A stretch of DNA of 64,000 nucleotides from Trichoplax adhaerens (Eukaryota > Animalia > Placozoa): the NCBI RefSeq assembly GCF_000150275.1, contig NW_002060947.1, positions 1,295,199 to 1,359,198 of the forward strand, in the 5' to 3' direction. This document shows positions 43,631 to 53,478 of the stretch, one piece after another (the first letter of the stretch is position 1; every line of letters begins with the position of its first letter). Under the pieces are notes generated by a model. That model made no database searches. It was given only the letters and a program-made list of their open reading frames with translations, and was not told where the DNA came from. Both the position numbers and the translations under genes were made by a program.

Positions 43631-44473
43631 CTTGAAACATCATCATTTTAACGCCGCCAACGCCATTGCCGACAATCTTGTTGACAACATTATTCATCTT
43701 GTTATTATTCCATAGTTGCCAATTGCATTTCCTAAGGCCTTGTTGGCAACAATTATATTCAATCGTTGACAGCCAATTGCATTTCCTACGATCTTGTTGA
43801 CACCATCACCTGAAATTGAATAGCGACCTAGTCCTTTTGCCTACGCTCTTCTTCATCATCATTTAAGTGATTGGATGCGCCATTTTAAATCATCTCCTTG
43901 ACGCTATTGCAATCTTTCATCCTTGCCAATGTGCTAACATCCATTGGTAGTAGGGGCAATTTCTCCGCTTGCATCAACCAATTGCCACTCCATTTCAGAG
44001 AGTCTTGTTCACAACAGCATCATTTATTGAATCACTTGTAATGCCTTGCAATCAATTAACAAGAAGAAAATGGATTTGATCCTTGATTTGACACTATTCC
44101 TATTGCATTCTTGACTATGTGCTCAAATCGATTGATCCATTTCTATCTTACAAGAAAGACAATTTTACCCCTGGCTTAGACAGTCGGAGCAGCAATTTGC
44201 AAGCCTTTTCACTTTTCAAATTGCCATCATTAATAGTCTAATATCAACCATTGAAAAACGCCTGCCATTGATTGTTGTGCCCATCATGAGCCAAAGAGAA
44301 AAGTAGTTCAATTCAATCCATTCTCCATACGACAAGGAAGATAGCCCTTTTGAGTCTCGACACTCTTCATTTTTTTGTACTCTTTATTCAAACTTGCTAT
44401 CCTGTGGATTACTACGAGTCAATGAATAGGATTACTAACCATTGGATTAATGAAACATCTTTACTTTGTATAG

Positions 44474-47400
44474 TGAAATCATACCTAACCAATAATCCTG
44501 AAACCTTTGAAGAATTAGTCTTGGAATTGGCTAGCCCTCAACAACTGGAAAATTGGTTGAAAAGGAAAGGGAAAACAGTAACCAAATCAGGTAAGTTTTC
44601 ATCCATTGCCATCATCAATTCATCAACTAGCTAAATAACCTTGCTCCGACCACCAGTGTGGAAAAAATGCAATCACTATTCTACCTAGACTGAAATTCTT
44701 TTACTGCCATTTTCTTTCAAGCTCAATCACGTTCAAAGTAGAATACCTCAACTAAAATCCTTCTACTGTTAATTTCTTTCAAGCTCAATCACGTTCAAAG
44801 TAGAATACCTCAACTAAAATCCTTCTACTGTTAATTTCTTTCAAGCTCAACCATGTTCAAAGTAGAATATCTTACACTGTAGTGCATCATTTTTGCAACA
44901 ATTTTAGGCGCTTTTACAAGCAATCATCGTATAGAAAATAGCAAATTGACTTTCTCTGCAGTGGATCATTTTCTTCCATATTTTTCAATTCTGACTCCAT
45001 TATTGTAGACGCGGTTACGCCATTTTCGACACGTTTTGATTGATTTCTACTTTAGCTTAGTCGGATCGTTTTTTTCTACCTAATCTTGACCATCTTTCTG
45101 CCCTACTGCGTACTCGATCATCGCCATGGACTACTGCAAATCTTGCCGGGGAAGATTTAAAGTAGTCCATGTCATTGCGTTAAAGATCTGCCGCTACAGT
45201 TGATGATTTTTAACCTTTTTCTACCTCACTGCAGACTCGATCATAGCCTTGGACTAGGACTACTGGAAATCTTCCCCCAGAAGATTTCCAGTAGTCCATG
45301 TCATTGCGTTAAAGATCTGCCACTACAGTCGATGATTTTCAACCTTTTTCTACCCCACTGCAGACTCGATCATAGCCTTGGACTAGGACTACTGGAAATC
45401 TTCCCCGAGAAGATTTCCAGTAGTCCATGTCATTGCGTCAAAGATCTGCCACTACAGTCGATGATTTTCAACCTTTTTCTACCCCACTGCAGACTCGATC
45501 ATAGCCTTGGACTAGGATTACTGTAAATCTTCTCTGCAAATTTTCCCCGAGAAGATTTCCAGTAAGTAGTCCATGTCGTAACGTCAAAGATCTGCCGCTA
45601 CAGTCGATGATTTTCAACCTTTTTCTACCCCACTACAGACTCGATCATAGCCTTGGACTAGGACTACTGTAAATCTTCCCCCAGAACATTTCCAGTAGTC
45701 CATGTCATTGCGTTAAAGATCTGCCACTACAGTCGATGATTTTCAATCTTTTTTTACCCCACTGCAGACTCGATCATAGCCTTGGACTAGGATTACTGCA
45801 AATCTTGCCGGGGAAGATTTAAAGTAGTCCATGTCATTGCGTCAAAGATCTGCCGCTACAGTCGATGATTTTCAACCTTTTTTTACCCCACTGCAGACTC
45901 GATCATAGCCTTGGACTAGGATTACTGTAAATCTTCCCCCAGAAGATTTCCAGTAGTCCATGTCATTGCGTTAAAGATCTGCCACTACAGTCGATGATTT
46001 TCAACATTTTTTTACCCCACTACAGACTCGATCATAGCGTCCAAGATGGAACACTACAGACTACAGTAGATGATTGCAACTTGTTTGCTATCTCAACTTT
46101 GCCAATAGCAGTCTCGATAATAGCAAAACAGTTGTAACTGCAAGTTGTAGTTTACTAGTCCAATTTCATTTTCATTCTGTACTATAGTAGCACCCTCTCT
46201 GTTGATACGTATTCTCCAAGAAGTAGTTCAAGAGCGAGCGATTGGATTAATCTGTAAAATAAAAAGAATGAAAAGACTACTCTAGCGGCATGGAATTTCT
46301 TTCCACAGCACTCCCAATAGCAATTGCAGATACGGCACATGAAACTTTGCAATAATTCCTTTCAAGACCACCACCAGATCTAAATAGAATCCTTTCGTTT
46401 TCTGCTTTTTTATCTTCCAAATAGAATCCTTTCGTTTTCTGCTTTATCATCCAAATAGAATCCTTTCGTTTTCTGCTTTATCATCCTAATAGAATCCTTT
46501 CGTTTCCTGTTTTTTTATCATCCAATCATTTTCAATTCAAATCACCATCTTAATCAAAGTGCAAGCTAATGCATCAATGATGGATCAACACACAATAATA
46601 TAAAAATAATTGGTTTTTTGATTAATTGCATGTAAGGATAATCTACCCTCTGGTGGAAAGGCATAATCTTTCATGACATTTGTTAATCACTTAGTGTATG
46701 TGTTTTTTTTTTATGTTTTTTAATCGCCGGATCACTCTCCTACATTGCTTATGATACTCTCCATCATCAAGCAAAGTATTGATTATTATTTTTTTTCTTT
46801 TCCTTTTTGATTGATCCTTTTAATTGATTCAATGGTCATCAAGCTCGATAGCCTACAACAAATAAGATTAATTTTTATTTTCCCTTTTCCCCCCCCCCAT
46901 TGCTGCATATACTAGTACAGAGACTAGTTTTTGAGGATACGAGGGGGAAAAAGAAAAACAAAAATGTCCACATCAGAAAGAGATGATCGCTTTTCGTCCA
47001 TGTTATCCATCATGGTAGCCATTTTTTCTTTTTCTTTGTATGGAACAGATGTAAAAATGAAGTAATTAAGTGGAACAGAGAGAAGGAGGAAGTAGGCATG
47101 ATAATAGTTGTATAATTACATCAATCGATCGCCATATCGAATTAATTATCTCAACAAGATGAATTCAAACAGAAACATATGGCACATTCTTTAATTGCTA
47201 TGCCTATTACATTCGATCTTAGTTTGACGTCAAACTTGCTCATTGAAAGGCAACTAAAACTATAAATTGCATCCATATTGAACAAAATCACCAAGTTGCC
47301 ATGGCAATGATTGCCCATCTTTCTTTTTTTCTTTCTCCATCTTGATATTTACGTCACTAATCAATGGATTCTTGATTCCTTTTTAGCAACATTCGACAAA

Positions 47401-50400
47401 CTAACCAGCAATGATAATGATATGGTAAGTCTTGTAGGAGTAGTAGCCATTATTAGACTAGGACAAGAATAATCGAAAAATGACTTAGTTAAAATATATG
47501 GCAAAGAATCCATCATGCCTATGTGACACTAATCTGACTTGTTCTTCCTCATCCAATTGAAAGAAAATAAGGATTGCATTGATTTTTGATCATTAATGTT
47601 GACTTTGTATCAATGATAGGTGACAAGAAATAATCTAAAAAGACTACCTGGTACAGCAGATGGCCTTCTCCACAATAATGAATCCTATTTAACCAATAAC
47701 AATATCGGCAACAGTAGTAGTAGTAGTAGTAGTAGCAACACTACTAGTAGAGTGCTTGTTGCTAAATATGATCATCATTTACACGAAAAGAAAGAAGCAT
47801 CCAATAATAAAGGAAGCCACTTAAACAATTTTCAACTGATGAAAGTTTTAAATAACAGTATAAGCTCTGATGCTGATCAAAGTAGGATTCTCTATGATAT
47901 GGCTAAGCACATTGCTGCCAGTAAGCACTTGTTCAATTCAATCATAACATTTTAAGTCCATTTCAAATAGAATGAATCCAAAGAATTGAACTTTTTCTTT
48001 GTTTATTTCCTATAGCTGTTTCTGCTGACCATTATTCACTCTACACCGTCAACGAAAATGGCAAGGTAAGAAATAATAATATTGAATCAGCCATTATTGC
48101 ATATACATTGATTGATAGTCAAGGCGCTTCTCCACTTTATACCCACCTTACTTTCTACGGTAGTAGATAAACTCGTACATTATGATACGGGTTAAAAAGT
48201 GCACTACTTAAACAAATCGTTAAGCCAATGATGAACAGATTTCTTAAATCAACATAGAGTCTATCTTTATTACATCAATTACAAGAATTAATTATTATTA
48301 TCTTCAACGCCAATACTAATATTGAACAAAATGACATTGTTATTAATATTTGAATATCAAAATGTGGATCAATTTAGTCCATTTCTTTATATCAGCCGGA
48401 CCGTAAAGAGTAAGTAATATATAAAACGTGACTATTTTAAAAATGATCAAACGTGTTAAATAAAAAATACCTCGACATTTCAAGAATAAATTGAAACAAT
48501 TTCCAATAACTGCATTTTCAACCCAACCCAATACAACTACTTACTATAGTATCTATTGACTAATAAATATATACCCATCATCATCTCAATTTATATTTTA
48601 CTAGTAATGCCGCTATCACTAGTATACCCATCGAAATTGGATCAACTATGGTCGCTTATGTAGCTAAAACAAAAACTTGCTTGAATTTGCGCCCTGAGCA
48701 AATTCTCTTGGTAATAAATTATATCATCATAACGATCATGATTAGTAATAATGATAGTATAGACATAGGTATCATAAATTGCTTCATTTATCATTTTAAC
48801 AGGACGATCGTTTCCCAAAAGGAATCAGCTATGAAGGTAATAAAGAATAATAGATTCATAAAATGTTTGTTTAGCTTATCGACCAAATTTTTAATCGACA
48901 ATCATGCCATGATAGCCAATCATAATAACTATAATGATACTGCATCACTATATCGATACTATTTATTCAAAATTCTCTATCTCAATTTCTATTTGATATA
49001 GCTGTTTCAGTGGATTCAATAATATGTCAGCCAATCGTACTTCCTGACACTGCTCTAGTTGGTAAGATAGATATTCACATCAATTTATTACCTATTTCTT
49101 CTTCCATCGATAAACAATTTTTCATCCTGATCTCCTAAAATGAAGGACAAACTCTATCTTGAATCTAGTTAGGACATAAACACATTGATTTATCAGCATT
49201 AAATTAATATAATCACTCTCTCATTTTATTTTTAGGCGTTTTAGTACTTATTAAGACTGTGGGTAGTAAATCTCGATTTAGCAGCAACGATGAAGAGGTA
49301 CTAACTAACTATAATATATCATTAGTATCTAGATCATACAATACAAAAATTGGTTTCTTTACGAACTTATTTTAGTAACGAGCTCTTGATAAAATACAAT
49401 TAAGCCATGCAATTCAAAATCTTCACACATTACATTTTCAATTAGATTGTTGGAACTTTCTTACAATGGGGATCTCTAGCGCTATGCTCTACAAAGGTAA
49501 CAAACAACTGCAAGTATTTAATGCCAAATTTTTAACTATACTCACAGATTACTAAAAAAAATAGTTACTTTGCATTTGTAAATCAATTACCTAATCCTTA
49601 TACACAAATATACCATATGTATTATTCATTTTTTGACAATAAATACTTTTATTTCCAATTGCTGCTCCTACAGATGATGAAAGCCGTTGATCGCCAACGA
49701 CAACTACAAAATGTTTTGTTTTCCGTTTCTCAGTATGTCAATGGCCGATAGTAACTAAGAATTACTTTCTGATAATAAGCTATCCTCTAATATTAGGATG
49801 TATTATACTCTGGAGTGTATGTTATTGAAATAGTAATTTAAATTAGATGAAATATTTATGCTTAAATTAAATAAGATGTTATGTTTCAATTTTACTTATG
49901 ATTTCGCTTTAATTTTACTAGATCAATCTTCAATGAAGTTACAAAAAGAAACACCCTTCTCGAGATTATTATGGTATGATATCATTTCAGATATAGATTA
50001 TTATTTCAATTCTGATGTTATGCTGATAAATTGATAACACTAAAATCTATACCTGTAGGTCTCCGCCAAAAAATTACTAAATGCTGATCGATGTGCTCTG
50101 TTTTTGGTTGATAACGAAAATCAAGAACTCTACGCTGATTTATTCGATGAAAGTGAACCATTTGGCGATATTAAGATAGTGCCCAAGGAAAAGGATATCA
50201 GGTACACTTCTTAAAATCATGTTTATTTTTTTCGCAATGATTTCAGCTAATCAATTTCATTATTCAATATCGTCACAATAGATTTTCAGTCAAAAAAGGC
50301 ATTGCAGGACATGTTGTAACACATGGACAGATGCTTAATGTATCAGATGCTTATAAAGATTCAAGATTCAATCGGTATACAGTATACAAATATAAATTAA

Positions 50401-53381
50401 TGAAAAAAAACAAAAAACAATTAATTTAGGATTTATTATTATTACGTCAAATTTTTCCATTGCTCTCGCAATAAAAATAAAAATGACCTTTAATTTATAC
50501 TCTCAATATTCAGAGATATTGATATAAAGACTGGCTATACAACTCGATCCATTTTGTGCATGCCAATCATGAATAAAGGCCGGTTCGTCTATTAATTTTA
50601 ATGCAATTATTATTGTCTCTGCATTGTTAAGACAAGTGAAATATCTGCTGTAGAAACTGCCTAATCTAATCTAACTATAATTATTGATCGTGCGCTTATA
50701 AAAACTAATATTCTTGATGTAAGATTTTAATAAAAACCCAATTTCATTTATCTCTTTAGCTGTATAGGTGCTATTCAAATGTTGAATAAAATCAATGGGG
50801 ATTTTACGAAAGAAGGTGATTAAGTTTTCGTATTACTATTGATTTAGAGTTCAATTTTCCCCTTTCTTCTCTGACAATAATTTTACTTCACTTATTGATG
50901 TAAAATAACAATGATGACATTATACCCTTTCTAGATGAAGACGCATTTAGGATATTTACAGTTTATTGCAACTTGGCACTCCATACATCCGAGGTAACTT
51001 GAAATACTCATAATATAAATAAAAAATAACATTTCTTTTAACCACTGGGCTATTTCTTAAATAATTAATCCAAATTTATGAATAGATAGCAGATACGCAA
51101 TATGATGCCTTTACATATGCGCTAAAATTATTCTACTATTGTAATTTCAGATCTATGTACAACTGCGCAAATCAGAGAGCAAAAGGAAAGTTGCCCTCGA
51201 TTCCTACTTTTATCATAGCAGTTGTACAAATGAAGAAATGGAAGATGTTATTGCTTCCCCATATTTACAGTCAGAATTAATACCTACTCGCATAGAATCG
51301 TAAGTTAAAATTCAATTTTAGTACAATAGCAATTATTCTAATAACGTAAAGTCTAATAGAGAGATGTGATAAATTATTGTTGGCATATCGACATCGAGCA
51401 CTTAAGCATGAATAAATTTGATCTTTCATGAACAGCATCAATTTTACTGCTGACGATGCAAGTGCCGAATATACAGATCCGAATATATTGCCCCGACTCT
51501 TCTTGCATATGTTTAGGGAATTATTTGGAACAACTGGGTATACCAAATATCAAAAAGATCGAATAATAATTTGTTTTGATATACAAATTTAAAAAATTTT
51601 TTATTAATTCGTTAAATATCCACTTCATTTCCTTTAGATTCGATGTGTTCGATTTATGTCGATTCACCTTGACCTGTCGTAAAAATTATCGCCGAGTACC
51701 ATACCATAACTGGTATCATGCCTTCAATGTAACGCATAGCATGTATTACATAATCAAGAACAGCCCTGGCATGTTTGATCGTCTAGAGGTAGGATCCATT
51801 TCCATAAGCTTCAAAATTATCACAAAGTTTTTTTGTAATGCCCGGATGATAGCATGAATAAATCCAACATTGACTAGATATTATGCAACTTTTTTACTGC
51901 TTATTTTGGTTAATATTGATTATTTTGTAATTACTAAAAGAAAAAATAATTTCTTATTCCTTTTATTAGTGTTTGGCAATGTTTATTGGGTGTTTATGTC
52001 ACGATTTAGACCATCGGGGAACAAATAATGCTTTCCAGGTCAAGTCAGAAAACCCCTTAGCTGATTTGTATTCAACCTCAGTACTGGAACAACACCATTT
52101 CAATATGACAGTGATGATACTGCAGGTAAAAATAGTTGTCCTGGTTCATACAATAGCATAATATTATATTTGAATCTTTACTCTGATTATTAGTAAAAAT
52201 GTATGTTTCAAAATTTGCAACAAAAATGATCATGATAAAAAATTTCATTTCTATCAATTATTAACTATCATTGCTTCTTCGCATATACTAGCGTGATGGA
52301 CACACCATCTTATCGAGCTTATCAAAAGAAGATCACGAAATAGTAAGTTCATATACAAAATAATACTTTGACCCACATACTCATATATTATTCTAAGATT
52401 ACAATTCTATAAATATAATATCGATAAAAAAAATTACTTATCGCTTCCAAGTTGATCATACTGTTATAAATAGAATTGAATTTGAATAGATCAGGCCAAA
52501 AACTTATTACCAACTTCAACTTATTTTCTAGGTTATGAATTATATCCATGACGCAATTATCGCTACCGATTTAGCTCTCTACTTTGGCAATCGATCAACT
52601 TTACAAAAGCTTGTAGACAACAAAGAGTTCGACTGGAACATCCAACGCCATAGGTTAGACAATCTTAATACAGTATCTATATTTTCTAAATTCTACAACT
52701 TTAGTAAAGTTATAAATTAATATGATCTTAGATCCCGAGTTCGAGGATTAGCAATGACTGCATGCGATCTTATTGCCGTTGCAAAGCCATGGAAATACCA
52801 ATTTGAAACTGTCAAGCAAATTTTTGCCGAATTTTACGATCAGGTATTGATTCTTATGCATGTCTTTGCTTTAATAACAATCAACATAAAATCTAAACTT
52901 GGATATTATTAATGGCTTTCAATTACGCCAAATAGGGTGATGTAGAAAAGAGATTAGGTATAGCACCAGTTCCTATGATGGATAGAGATAAGGAATCGGA
53001 ATTACCAGCTAATCAGGTAACTTAACTTTAATGTGATAGTAATGAAATATCTTATTTTTTAAAGCTACTTTTTAATCTCAATCATCGCGACTTTTTTATG
53101 ATACTGAAATTTAATAATTAGGTCGGCTTTATAAATGGAATCTGTTTACCATGCTACGAGTTGTTAGCATACCTACTACCCAACACTCAGGCAATGGTAG
53201 ATAATATTATGTAAGTACTATATTTTATGGTCATCGACAGATTGAATCTTGTCATCATGTGTAGAATGACGATTAATAATTTCTTGATTTTTAAAGGATC
53301 AATCTCCAGCAATGGCAACGTCTATCTGACGAGCAAGATCAAATTGGAAAGGACGCTAAAGTAGTGAATTTATCCAATTAA
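44474..53381 (+). CDS. PDE10A: PDE10-type cyclic nucleotide phosphodiesterase (N-terminal helix, GAF-A, GAF-B, class I catalytic domain); 27 exons in this interval
   Basis: All introns are GT-AG and phase-consistent. Exons: 44474-44590, 47387-47424, 47620-47920, 48016-48065, 48378-48409, 48605-48710, 48803-48836, 49002-49061, 49236-49297, 49446-49496, 49674-49732, 49922-49973, 50059-50201, 50282-50374, 50514-50582, 50760-50815, 50935-50993, 51151-51299, 51436-51537, 51638-51788, 51970-52125, 52292-52342, 52532-52653, 52732-52843, 52936-53016, 53122-53210, 53297-53381 (TAA). PDE10-like motifs: [163 protein letters not shown]. The micro-exons 47387-47424 and 48378-48409 are the least certain. 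Confidence 0.95.
44695..44868. repeat. 62-bp tandem repeat, ~2.7 copies, in PDE10 intron 2
   Basis: TTTCTTTCAAGCTCAATCACGTTCAAAGTAGAATA at 44711, 44773 and 44835. Confidence 0.95.
45100..46040. repeat. 129-bp tandem repeat, ~7 copies, each carrying an inverted repeat, in PDE10 intron 2
   Basis: AGTAGTCCATGTC at about 45161, 45290, 45419, 45565, 45693, 45823 and 45952. A perfect 18-bp stem GGACTACTGGAAATCTTC/GAAGATTTCCAGTAGTCC lies at 45257-45297. Confidence 0.97.
46380..46525. repeat. 35-36-bp minisatellite, 4 copies
   Basis: AATAGAATCCTTTCGTTT(T/C)CTG..TTATC.TCC repeated. Confidence 0.95.
47225..47232. promoter_or_regulatory. Perfect CRE (TGACGTCA) inside a 16-bp palindrome; CRE variant TTACGTCA at 47349-47356
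   Basis: AGTTTGACGTCAAACT at 47221-47236. This is a motif match only; function is untested. Confidence 0.45.
47295..47308. promoter_or_regulatory. RFX X-box
   Basis: GTTGCCATGGCAAT matches the palindromic X-box GTTGCCATGGCAAC at 13/14 positions, about 80 bp upstream of exon 47387. Confidence 0.55.
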
Positions 53382-53472
53382 CAGAATTTCATTATAAGAT
53401 AAAATGAAATTGCCTATCCTATATCAATTGATGGTTGGGGACAAACAAACAGCAAGCAAATGCAAGCATGCG

Positions 53473-53478
53473 AATAAA
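53473..53478 (+). terminator. Candidate polyadenylation signal of PDE10
   Basis: First AATAAA seen after the stop codon, about 90 nt downstream. The hexamer is common in AT-rich DNA. Confidence 0.4.

Noticed and set aside
45200-45526. 108-aa ORF with 43-aa Cys/His repeats
   Set aside because: By-product of the 129-bp period. Other copies have in-frame stops or indels, and it lies within a PDE10 intron.
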